From positions 267,905 through 331,904 of the forward strand of contig JAQUQR010000001.1 of assembly GCA_028715985.1 (NCBI GenBank): a stretch of 64,000 nt of DNA, in the 5' to 3' direction. A program made the translations under genes and the position numbers. Under the pieces are notes generated by a model. The model was not told where the DNA came from and ran no database searches. It saw nothing but the letters and a program-made list of their open reading frames with translations. Position 1 is the first letter of the stretch. Each line of letters opens with the position of its first letter. This document shows, piece after piece, positions 23,079 through 32,650 of this stretch. The stretch comes from Methanocellales archaeon (GTDB taxonomy: Archaea; Halobacteriota; UBA148).

Positions 23079-24232
23079 AAATTCTGAGCGGAGGGGTATG
23101 CGCTGTACCTGCTGTTAAGGCTTATGGCATAAAAGAAAGTAAGCAGGGTCTTGCGGTCATAACAGGGAAAGGTAATACCGTCGGTGTTTTTACCCTAAAC
23201 AAAATCAGGGCTGCACCTGTTGTCGCTACAAGCAGACGCTTGCCAGGCATCATGAATGCTGTTGTCGCATATAGTGGTAGCGCCAACGCGTTTACTGGCA
23301 AAAAGGGTATCCAAGATGCGGAAAGGATGGCCCTACTGGTGGCCAGTGCACTGGGCATTGATCCTGAATCCGTGGGGGTTGCCTCGACGGGCATCATCGG
23401 ACGCCCAATCAATATGGGTTGGGTCGAGGATCACGTGGAAAGTGTGATAGAAAGGCTAACATCAGAGCCAAGCGGTAGCGAGGCGGCAACAAGGGCAATC
23501 ATGACAACCGACACGATACTCAAACAAATGGCAGTCGAGATCGACGGTGTACACATAGGGGGAATAGCAAAGGGCTCTGGCATGATAGAGCCAGACATGG
23601 CGACAATGCTTTCTTTCATCTACACTGATGTTGAGATGCCCCCAGAATCGCTGCACAAATGCCTGAAGGGGTCGGTAGACAAGAGCTTTAACATGCTCGT
23701 CGTGGATGGTGACACCAGTACGAATGACATGGTCCTTCTGACCGCGACTGGCGCCAAGAGAATATCTGAGGAAAGATTCCAGGAAGGTTTGGATTTTGTA
23801 TGCATGCAACTGGCAAAGATGATAGCAAGAGATGGTGAAGGCTCAACTAAACTTATCGAAGCTTGCATCAAGGGTGCAAGGTCAGAAGACGATGCAAGAA
23901 AAGCGGCAAAGGCAGTTGTGCGCTCTCCTTTAGTGAAGGCCGCCGTCTTTGGTGAGGACCCTAACTGGGGGCGCATCGTAGCTGCTATAGGGCGATCTGG
24001 CGCTGAGGTTCAAGAGGGTAAAATCACTCTAGAGTTCTCGGATGGTGCTAAAACCGTGATAATAGTCAAAGAAGGAAATATCCTCGATAGCGGCAAGAAA
24101 GCAAAAGAGGTCCTGGCTGGCAATGAGCTTATCATCATCGCTGATCTGGGACTTGGAAAGCACGAGGCAACAGCTTGGGGCTGCGATCTAACATATGATT
24201 ATGTCAAGATCAATTCGGCGTATATGACTTGA
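23075..24232 (+). CDS. argJ: ornithine acetyltransferase
   Basis: KGSGMIEPDMATML, DGDTSTND, DGEG, PNWGR. Confidence 0.96.
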   Translation: MKILSGGVCAVPAVKAYGIKESKQGLAVITGKGNTVGVFTLNKIRAAPVVATSRRLPGIMNAVVAYSGSANAFTGKKGIQDAERMALLVASALGIDPESVGVASTGIIGRPINMGWVEDHVESVIERLTSEPSGSEAATRAIMTTDTILKQMAVEIDGVHIGGIAKGSGMIEPDMATMLSFIYTDVEMPPESLHKCLKGSVDKSFNMLVVDGDTSTNDMVLLTATGAKRISEERFQEGLDFVCMQLAKMIARDGEGSTKLIEACIKGARSEDDARKAAKAVVRSPLVKAAVFGEDPNWGRIVAAIGRSGAEVQEGKITLEFSDGAKTVIIVKEGNILDSGKKAKEVLAGNELIIIADLGLGKHEATAWGCDLTYDYVKINSAYMT

Positions 24233-24784
24233 ATTTTTTAGTTCGTGGAAGGCGACAAAACGTTCGGAAGCTAGTTTATAAAGAAGGCTTATCGTTGTTT
24301 TAGTTGGTAATGTTGCTAAATATGTAGAAAATGATTTGAGATACAAATTAAAAAAATCAGATAAACCTGCTGTTTTTGAATTACAGAGATTTAGGATCAA
24401 ATTGATTAATAAATCGGATAGTAAATCAAAAAATATTTTAGGTTTAGATATTCTAAATCTATTTAGATCAAGCTCATCTTCACAATATACACTGAAAGGC
24501 GGACTTCTACTTAAAATCAAAGATTTTACTCAAAAACATGATTTTCAGTTTAGCTTATTGAAAAAATAGTCTCTCTTATTGTAAAAAAAATTAAAAACGA
24601 GCGGTCATCTATTCAGTTGAACACAATGCTGTAGCTCTTCTTTAGCATGCGACCGCTCTTCTTTAGTACGCTTCTTTAGTATGCGAGCCCGATTTTAACA
24701 TTTATTATAACAGATATACTAGTTAGTTAAAAAATAAACAAAAACTATGCATATGCTGATATAATTACTATATTAATATCGACT

Positions 24785-24961
24785 TTAATACCGCTTTGGT
24801 CTATTTTTCTGGTAGCATTCCCTACAATATACAGGTCTTGTACCATCCGGCTTGAAAGGAACTTCGGTTTCCACACCACACTCGGCGCATGTTACACTAT
24901 GCATCTCTCGTGGTCCTCTGTCGAATCTCCTAGGGCCGAAATCTCTACCTCTATCACTCAT
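24785..24961 (-). CDS. CxxC-x17-CxxC zinc-finger protein
   Basis: CAECG..TEVPFKPDGTRPVYCRECY. Confidence 0.9.
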   Translation of the reverse strand: MSDRGRDFGPRRFDRGPREMHSVTCAECGVETEVPFKPDGTRPVYCRECYQKNRPKRY

Positions 24962-25159
24962 TTTATTTTTTTCTCCTTTTTTTATAACCCATTTGGAAGT
25001 AACTTGGAAGTAAATTCCTCTTGGGTAACAGGCAATCAGTCTCATGGTATATAGATTTATGGGTGGTTTGAGGTATTTTCACCGGTGATTTGAGGTATTC
25101 TCACTCACCACTCATCGGTAAAAGGGTTTTTAAGCTGGAGGGCAATAATAGGTGATCAT

Positions 25160-26038
25160 ATGCTCAAAAGGGAGAATGTCTTGATTGAGGCGCTTCCTTA
25201 CATCAGGGAGTTACAGGACTCTATCACCGTGATCAAGATCGGTGGGCATGCGATGCTAGATCGAAATGTCATGGAGGATATAGTCAGAGATGTGGTGCTT
25301 TTACGCTATGTGGGAGTGCGTCCTATAGTGGTGCATGGGGGAGGACCCGAGATAACCAGAAAGGCGGAGAAAATGGGGAAGAAGCCAGCTTTCGTAGCAG
25401 GGCTCAGAATTACGGATGATGAGACTTTAGAGATCGCGCAAATGGTGCTGGTTGGGAATGTTAATACACGCATCGTCTCCTTGATCGGCAAGCATGGCGC
25501 GAAAGGAATGGGGCTCTCTGGAAAAGATGGACGCTTGATCGTTGCGAGGAAGAAATCGCCCCAAAAAGTTCTCATAGATGGCGTTGAGCAAGAGGTGGAC
25601 CTTGGGTGGGTGGGTGAAACCGAGAGGATAAATCCGGAGATACTTGTGTTGGCAGTCGAGAAGGGCTATATACCTGTGATATCGCCCATAGCAGTGGATA
25701 CTGAGGGGAATAGCCTGAATATAAACGCAGACAGTGTTGCAGGCGACATAGCTTCATCGATAAAGTCCAAGAAGCTGATAATGCTGACGGATGTACCTGG
25801 CATTCTGCGTGACCCTTCAGACCCAAAATCCCTCATATCGCAGATCTCATTGGAAGAGGTCAAGAAACTGGTCTCTAGCGAAACGGTCCAAGAAGGAATG
25901 ATTCCCAAGATAAAGGCATGCATAAAAGCAATTGAGGGCTCCGTAGAGAAAGCGCACATAATTGATGGAAATATGCCTCATGCGCTTTTGCTGGAACTTT
26001 TAACTGATAAAGGAATAGGAACTATGGTGTATAGATAG
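25160..26038 (+). CDS. argB: acetylglutamate kinase
   Basis: KIGGHAM, VHGGGPEI, NINAD, GMIPK. Confidence 0.96.
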   Translation: MLKRENVLIEALPYIRELQDSITVIKIGGHAMLDRNVMEDIVRDVVLLRYVGVRPIVVHGGGPEITRKAEKMGKKPAFVAGLRITDDETLEIAQMVLVGNVNTRIVSLIGKHGAKGMGLSGKDGRLIVARKKSPQKVLIDGVEQEVDLGWVGETERINPEILVLAVEKGYIPVISPIAVDTEGNSLNINADSVAGDIASSIKSKKLIMLTDVPGILRDPSDPKSLISQISLEEVKKLVSSETVQEGMIPKIKACIKAIEGSVEKAHIIDGNMPHALLLELLTDKGIGTMVYR

Positions 26039-26048
26039 GTGAGAAATC

Positions 26049-27272
26049 ATGGGAGCGATGCGAGAAATCGAGCTTGAAGGTCATATTATCGATTCGATGG
26101 TCCTGACGAAGGTATTCGATAAGGTAATGGACATGGATGGCGAGTTTGAAATCCTGGAGTTCAGGATTGGAAAACGCAAGACTGAGCATAGCTATGCTCG
26201 CCTCATGATCGTCGGCGAGGATGATGCACATGTGGACAGAATCCTAAGCGAATTACATCGATTGGGTGCACGATTGCCAGAAATGGAGGATGCCATCTTG
26301 GAGAGAACGCCAGCTGACAAAGTCATCCCGAAGGGCTTTTACTCCACTACTAATCATCCGACCTATGTCAGGCATAACGGCAAATGGCTGACCGTCGAAG
26401 GCATAGGGATGGATTGTTTGATTCAGGTAGATGGTAATAGGGCCATATGCAAGCCGCTTTCACATGTTCGCAAGGGCGATTTGGTCGTGATCGGGCAAAG
26501 GGGGGTGCGTGTGATCCCGCCCGAGCGCCCAAGAAAAAGATCGATTTTCGAGTTCATGGGCAATGCCACCTCTTCTGAGAGGCCCTCAGAGACGTTGATT
26601 CATCAGATTGCCGAAGAAATAATTGACGTCAAAAATAAGGGCGGCAAGATCGCAGTGGTGTGTGGGCCCGCAATAGTTCACACTGGGGCGTCAGGTGCAC
26701 TCGCAGAGATGATCAAGAAAGGCTATGTGAGCGTCTTGTTGGCAGGAAATGCCTTGGCTGTTCATGATATCGAGTACAATCTGTATGGTACATCCCTCGG
26801 AATGGACATGGGGAAAGCGGAACCCGTGTCAGGAGGGCACAGACACCACATCTATGCGATCAGTGAAATCATGCGAGCTGGCTCCATAAGGGCTGCAGTG
26901 GAGCAGGGCATCATATCGGGAGGGATCATGTACGAATGCATTAAAAACGATACGCCCTTCGTGCTTGCCGGATCCATCAGGGATGATGGGCCCCTGCCAG
27001 ACGTCATAACGGATGTGATGGTGGCACAGGACAAGATGAGGGCTGCGGTAAAAGACGTCGATCTGGTGCTGATGATGGCTACGATGCTGCACTCCATAGC
27101 TGTCGGCAATCGTCTCCCATCCTATGTGAAGACCATTTTTATCGATATCAACCCTGCCACCGTGACGAAGATCATGGACAGGGGAACAGCTCAGGCAATG
27201 GGCATCGTGACAGATGTGGGAACGTTCCTGCCAATGTTGGTTGAAGAGCTGGGTAAGTTAGAGAATATGTGA
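26049..27272 (+). CDS. TIGR00300 family (LOR/SDH; ornithine cyclodeaminase-like) protein
   Basis: [36 protein letters not shown]. Confidence 0.88.
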   Translation: MGAMREIELEGHIIDSMVLTKVFDKVMDMDGEFEILEFRIGKRKTEHSYARLMIVGEDDAHVDRILSELHRLGARLPEMEDAILERTPADKVIPKGFYSTTNHPTYVRHNGKWLTVEGIGMDCLIQVDGNRAICKPLSHVRKGDLVVIGQRGVRVIPPERPRKRSIFEFMGNATSSERPSETLIHQIAEEIIDVKNKGGKIAVVCGPAIVHTGASGALAEMIKKGYVSVLLAGNALAVHDIEYNLYGTSLGMDMGKAEPVSGGHRHHIYAISEIMRAGSIRAAVEQGIISGGIMYECIKNDTPFVLAGSIRDDGPLPDVITDVMVAQDKMRAAVKDVDLVLMMATMLHSIAVGNRLPSYVKTIFIDINPATVTKIMDRGTAQAMGIVTDVGTFLPMLVEELGKLENM

Positions 27273-27629
27273 CGTTACTTTTATACAATTCAAGCATGGG
27301 AACATAGGACATTTATGTAGCATATAAACGAGGTAGGCGATATTTATTCCCAATGGAGATAGGCAATGTAGGAAGGACAAACTATCTATAAAAGATGACA
27401 ATTACAATGATTCTATTGTAAAATCAACTTTTTTCAATCATCACAGCCCTACTCAAATTCTATTTGAACCGTCATGTAAAACCACCTTTTCTGCTAGCCT
27501 GAGATTCTCATAGGTTTTTGGTTAGGTTAATAAATAAAATCTAAAGACAGTGCCCCTTATTTCTACAAGAGTGTGGCTAGATTTTTATTGATACGATGCT
27601 GTGTGTTTTTTGTCAATATTACTCAAAAA

Positions 27630-27690
27630 ATTGCTTAAATTAAGCAATATTCTAACTAATTAACTATATCAATAGTGACAATAACATTTT
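27630..27690 (+). promoter_or_regulatory. palindromic operator + TATA region upstream of HD-eIF2B gene
   Basis: ATTGCTTAAATTAAGCAAT (27630-27648) followed by TAATTAACTATAT and TAGTGACAAT, both shared with the 18.5/19.4 kb promoters. Confidence 0.7.
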
Positions 27691-27717
27691 AATACATAAG
27701 CGAGGGACACGTGCAAA

Positions 27718-29688
27718 ATGCAAGATGAACAAAAAGATCGTTGGGTAGGATGGATTAAAACTCCAGAATATAGAGAACGCCTGCAGACAATAGAGAACCG
27801 TGTTATACAACTGTCATCTAATGAAATCAACACTAGTGGTTATACACCCCACGATGCCAGTCACTGTTTGGCAGTTGAAAATATGGTAAAAACTTTAATT
27901 CAAAAAAGCGAAGCCAAACTTAGCGATTTAGAACAATTTATTCTTTTTGGTGCCGTATGGACGCATGACTTGGGAATGTTCATGGACATACGAGAGGCTT
28001 TTTTCGAGGACCAAAAACAAGAGGTTAAAAAAGGAGAGTATAAACTGCGAGTTGCTAGAGAGATACATGACAAGATTTCAGCATGGTACTTATCTTCTAA
28101 CTACAGTGAGATTCTAAAAATCCAGAGTGATGAAGATGGCCAATCAAAAACTATTATTGACAACTTGTTAAGAAACTATACCTACACTATAAATGTGATA
28201 AGTTGATTTCACCGTATAAGGGAAGACATAAAGGATTGTCCTAAAGAGAGATTACTAAAGGATGAGAAGATACGCACACGCCTATTAGCGTGTTTACTAA
28301 GATTAGGAGATACTTTGCATATTGACTCCAGTAGATTCGATGAAAAACTCTATGATGTCTTAGAAATAGGGCAACTACTGGATAGGAGTGCAAGACTTCA
28401 TTGGCTGAGGTCATATGTTGTGTCTGGTGTATATTTGGATCCTAAAAGTGAAACCATTTTTGTCAACATTGACTTGCCGATATCCTTGAAATCTCCCCAG
28501 AACAACGAATTAGATAGAACGGAGGAGATCAGAAATCTAGTGTCTGTGATTATTAATGACCTTTCCGAAGACGTGCTGGTTGTTAGAGGGACATTTAAGG
28601 ATTATGGTTTTCCCGCCTACGATAGAGTAGAACCCAATATATCTTTCATTCCAGGATATTCGGGAAAGGATGAGAAAGAAATAGAGGGTATGGTGAGTGA
28701 CCTTGGAGTTGTCCTTTTTCCTAATACATCTAGAGTCATAGAGAAAGCCCTTGATAGCATCACCGCTATATGTAATATCTATTTTGGAATTGAAGGTCAG
28801 AGATTTGATAGTCAGATGGATGAATTGTTGTCATATCTCGAAAGTGTACACGAGACTCGGCCCTGTCACGTTGGACTCCGCAAGATAATTGATGAAGCAC
28901 GTGATGTGTTTAATAATAGATCCTATCAGAATAAGAATAGGGGAGATGTATCAAGTCAGGATATAAAGAAATGTCAAGATAATATCTGCGCAAAACTCAA
29001 TGAAATCAAAGATAAAAGAGAAGGATATCTAAAAAGCCTGTATAAAAAATGTGAAGACAACTTGCTGGATGACTTCGAAAACATAATTCTTTTTGCATAC
29101 AGTGAAACAGTAACTCAATTTCTTGAAAAGTATGGTGAACACCACCCTTCATGGAAAGATCGAGTTAAACTCTATGTATTAGAGTGTGGTGGGAAAAGAC
29201 GTTTTACGCGCAACAATAACATAGACTACAATGATGGTATATATTACGCGTTCCAGCTATCAAAGCACGGTTTCAAGAAAAAAGATCAAATCATGTTGTT
29301 GCCAGACACATCCTTTGGTTCTCTTGCATACAACCTGAAGAATCAAAATATGGCAAAAAAGTCTTTGGTCCTATTTGGGGTTAATGGCATCGATAAAGAG
29401 AGCCATGACTGCGGGCACACATCTGGGCATCGCATGGTAGCAATCGTGGCACAAGAATCCAGAATCCAAGTCAAGGTTATTGCAGATAGTTTCAAGGTAG
29501 GGAAAATAGAGTGGAGCCCCATGCTTGAGAGACCCGCTCACTGGCTAACAGGCAAACGGGACATGTATAGTGACATAAAAAAACACAACATCAAACTGAC
29601 AAACTATTTAGAAGATAGAATTCCAATAGATCTAATAAATGAGATAATCAAAGATGGGGATAACATACCTGGAAAGGCTAAAAAATAA
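27718..29688 (+). pseudogene. HD-CE phosphohydrolase fused to eIF2B/R15P-isomerase-like domain, interrupted by one in-frame TGA (28204-28206)
   Basis: frame continues IS*FHRIREDI...LLRLGDTLHID; HD motifs HDASH, HDLG, RLGD; eIF2B-like TRPCHVGL, FAYSETV, LFGVNGI, GHTSG, ADSFK. Confidence 0.75.
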
Positions 29689-30537
29689 ATGTCTGCAACT
29701 CGATTTAATCTTTCGCCTAATGATGTTGATGTATCCGATACAAAAATTTTTATTTCTTACAAAACGAAGGAATGGGAATACGCTAAAAAACTTAGCGAAG
29801 AACTGAGAAATTTAGGCTTTGGTATTATAATTGTTCCTCCACAACCATCAAGTTCTCCAAAAAAGAAGAATGAAGATATTAAAACATACCTTTCTGAACT
29901 AATAGATGATGCTGATTACATATGTATAATAGTCTCCGAAATGTCTCTCATGTCAGCTTGGGTTCAATACGAATTTAAGGAAGCTGCTAGTTTGATTGGT
30001 CGAGTTGTTTTCGTTAATAAAGATAATACGCAACTTTTTTCAGGATATGAAGCAGTTGATTACCTTCAAAAGGGATTTATATGGCGGAATTTATATGTAA
30101 AACATTCCACTCTTACATTACCGGAAATTACAAATGAGGGTGTAAATGAACTTGCTATACAATTACTAAATGATCCAGACGAAGGTTGGTATGATGGTCG
30201 AGTATCGGTTGGTCGAAGATGCCCAGCAAAAGGATTGCGTTATCAAAATAGGATGAAAAAATATGCCAGAGAGTGTGTTTTGGTAGATCCCAAATATGAG
30301 CATAAGTATGTTCTAGAGGTAATTCCATTTAATTGGAGCCAAATAGAATGCGATAAAGAAGATATGGAAGCTGTCTTAAAATCAATTATTCTGGATCGAG
30401 GACTCCTAAATCTTGAAAGATCTTTTCTTAATGATGAAGTAGACATTTTTCAAACTTGGTACTTCGTAACGGAATTTGAAGAATTTTTAGAAAAAGATGA
30501 TTTTGGTCTTAACGTTTTTGTTGTGTTAGAGCGCTGA
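29689..30537 (+). CDS. TIR-domain protein
   Basis: IFISYK...AKKLSEEL, SLMSAWVQYE with catalytic Glu; starts directly after preceding stop. Confidence 0.85.
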   Translation: MSATRFNLSPNDVDVSDTKIFISYKTKEWEYAKKLSEELRNLGFGIIIVPPQPSSSPKKKNEDIKTYLSELIDDADYICIIVSEMSLMSAWVQYEFKEAASLIGRVVFVNKDNTQLFSGYEAVDYLQKGFIWRNLYVKHSTLTLPEITNEGVNELAIQLLNDPDEGWYDGRVSVGRRCPAKGLRYQNRMKKYARECVLVDPKYEHKYVLEVIPFNWSQIECDKEDMEAVLKSIILDRGLLNLERSFLNDEVDIFQTWYFVTEFEEFLEKDDFGLNVFVVLER

Positions 30538-30602
30538 TGGAACTTGATTTATATAAATATGGGGTGGAAGACTGTTCTATTTAAAGACTGCCTGCAATGG
30601 AC

Positions 30603-30680
30603 GGCTAACAGCGAACAAACGAAATATAATATTTACAAATTGCTTTTCAACTTCGTTTGTTTTTTCGCAAAACGTTATTC
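30603..30680 (+). other. attC-like site
   Basis: GGCTAAC-A-GCGAACAAACGAA...TTCGTTTGTTTTTTCGC-AAAAC-GTTATTC. Confidence 0.65.
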
Positions 30681-30695
30681 CCCTAACCTCAACCA

Positions 30696-30762
30696 CTACT
30701 CCACAAACATCAAGGGATAGTCCAGCTTCTCATCATATCTCATAATTCCCGCGACCTTGGCA
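30696..30762 (-). repeat. duplicate of mptD 3' end (matches 32651-32717)
   Basis: 67 bp with 3 mismatches; 56 bp identical. Confidence 0.92.
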
Positions 30763-30851
30763 ACTTGATTTAGGATACAAGCAGTTATGTGCAATTGAAA
30801 AAGTTCGCCTTTAGAATGTTTTATAAATTTCAAGTCGTTATTTAAAGAAAT

Positions 30852-31415
30852 ATGGAGCTGGGAAAAAAGCTATATGTAACCAATAGAAACGATTGGCGTT
30901 CATGGCTTGCTAAAAATTATGATAAAGAAAAAGAAATTTGGCTAATTTATTATAGAAAATCATCTGGCAAACAAAGAATACCATACAACGATGCTGTTGA
31001 AGAAGCACTCTGCTATGGATGGATAGATAGCAATCTCAAAGGTATTGATGAAGAAAAATTTGCCCAAAGATTTACTCCAAGAAAACCGAAAAGTAAGCTT
31101 TCAGAGATGAATAAAGAACGTGTTCTTCGCCTTATAGAACAAGATAAAATGACTTTCATTGGTCTTGCTTCCATAGAACACGTATTTGATACAAACCAAA
31201 AAAATAAAAAATTAACAATTGCTCCTGATATTTTGAAAACCCTTAAACAAGACAATGAAGTTTGGAAAAACTTCCAGAAATTTCCTGACCCATACAAACG
31301 TATTCGTATCGGTTGGGTAGAAGGAGCTAGAACTCGCCCGAAACTTTTTAACCAGAGATTAAATTATTTTCTTAAGATGACAGCAAAGGATAAAAAATAT
31401 GGGAAGGTACAGTAA
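30852..31415 (+). CDS. YdeI/OmpD-associated family protein (gene cassette)
   Basis: WRSWL, AVEEALCYGWID, FTPRKPKS; bounded by GTTATGTGC and GCACATAAC. Confidence 0.9.
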   Translation: MELGKKLYVTNRNDWRSWLAKNYDKEKEIWLIYYRKSSGKQRIPYNDAVEEALCYGWIDSNLKGIDEEKFAQRFTPRKPKSKLSEMNKERVLRLIEQDKMTFIGLASIEHVFDTNQKNKKLTIAPDILKTLKQDNEVWKNFQKFPDPYKRIRIGWVEGARTRPKLFNQRLNYFLKMTAKDKKYGKVQ

Positions 31416-31485
31416 TAAAATGACGGCGCACTTCTTCGCAACTTCGTTGCTCGACCATGTTGCACTCTCGCCTTCGGCTCGGGGC

Positions 31486-31571
31486 ACATAACAGCGATTA
31501 ACAGGTTCAGCTCTTAGAGAGCCTCAACCCAAATTTACTTCGCAAACTTCTATTAATCGTATAGGTTAGGC
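31486..31571 (+). other. attC-like site
   Basis: ACATAAC-A-GCGATTAA...TTAATCGT-ATAG-GTTAGGC. Confidence 0.75.
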
Positions 31572-31705
31572 GACATGCCTTCTTTATCTTTTAAGTAGTT
31601 TTCCAGCTAAACTTTAAGGATAAAGGGGCAAAACAAAATTTTTGATATAATGAAGTCAATTCAAGTCAAAAGACATTTAAATACTTATTAACCAAATTTA
31701 AACCT

Positions 31706-32104
31706 ATGAAAGGATTTACCACAAACATCGAAAAAGACACCTTAAAAAACGAAAATTTCCGCAAGGTACTATACACCTCAAAACACAGCCAACTGGTTCT
31801 GATGAGTTTAAAGCCCAATGAGGACATCGGTATGGAAGTTCATTGGGAAAACGATCAATTCTTCCGCTTTGAAAAAGGGCAGGGAAAGTGCATCATTGAC
31901 GGCAACGAATATAAAATTGGTGATGGTATAGCCGTTGTTGTGCCTGCCGGGGCGAAACACAATATTATTAACACATCGGATAAAGAAGAATTGAAGCTTT
32001 ATACAATATATTCTCCTGCTCACCATAAAGATGGTATTGTCAGGGCTACTAAAAAAGAAGCAGAGGCTAGGGAAGCAGAATTTGATGGTGTAACGACTGA
32101 ATAG
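31706..32104 (+). CDS. cupin-domain protein (gene cassette)
   Basis: NFRKVLYT..SQLVLM, EVH..NDQFF, VPAGAKHN, LYTIYSPAHH. Confidence 0.9.
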   Translation: MKGFTTNIEKDTLKNENFRKVLYTSKHSQLVLMSLKPNEDIGMEVHWENDQFFRFEKGQGKCIIDGNEYKIGDGIAVVVPAGAKHNIINTSDKEELKLYTIYSPAHHKDGIVRATKKEAEAREAEFDGVTTE

Positions 32105-32161
32105 AATAATTTCTTGAAAAGATTTTTGCAAGCGGCAAAGTAAAATGAAAGATAAAAAATG

Positions 32162-32251
32162 TGACAACAGCAGATAACAAGTGGATAAAGGGGAAATCAA
32201 AGATTTCCCGGATTGCCTTCAACAACCTCTTTTATCTGCAAATCGTTATAC
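32162..32251 (+). other. attC-like site
   Basis: TGACAAC-A-GCAGATAA...TTATCTGC-AAATC-GTTATAC with internal GGGAAATC/GATTTCCC hairpin. Confidence 0.75.
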
Positions 32252-32282
32252 GCCATTAACTCGTTCAAGGAGAAGATAAAAT

Positions 32283-32645
32283 ATGATTGACATCATTTTA
32301 TACTTATTAATCGGTTTATTTGCAGGGTTTGTCAGCGGGTTAATCGGCATCGGCGGTGGAGTCATTATCGTGCCGATATTGATTTATCTGTTGGGTCTAA
32401 CACAGCACCAAGCACAAGGGACAACCTTGGCTTTGTTAATTCCCCCAATCGGTTTGTTAGCTGCTTGGACCTACTACAAGCATGGTTATGTAAATTTCAC
32501 TATAGCGGTTTTTGTTTGCTTGGGTTTTTTTATCGGAGGATTGTTTGGTGCAAAGTTAGCTGTGGGATTGTCAAATGAAACACTGCGAAAGGTCTTTGGG
32601 GTTGCATTGCTGTTAGTAGCTTTATACATGATTTTTAAGAGATGA
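32283..32645 (+). CDS. half-size TauE/SafE (TSUP) membrane protein
   Basis: GLIGIGGGVIIVP, QHQAQGTTLA. Confidence 0.88.
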   Translation: MIDIILYLLIGLFAGFVSGLIGIGGGVIIVPILIYLLGLTQHQAQGTTLALLIPPIGLLAAWTYYKHGYVNFTIAVFVCLGFFIGGLFGAKLAVGLSNETLRKVFGVALLLVALYMIFKR

Positions 32646-32650
32646 GCCCC

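Noticed and set aside
24336-24569. 77-aa ORF in AT-rich spacer
   Set aside because: No RBS, motif or recognisable family; likely spurious.
28204-28206. Pyrrolysine or selenocysteine recoding as a firm call
   Set aside because: Pyl uses TAG, not TGA. No recognisable SECIS or Cys-like context is present.
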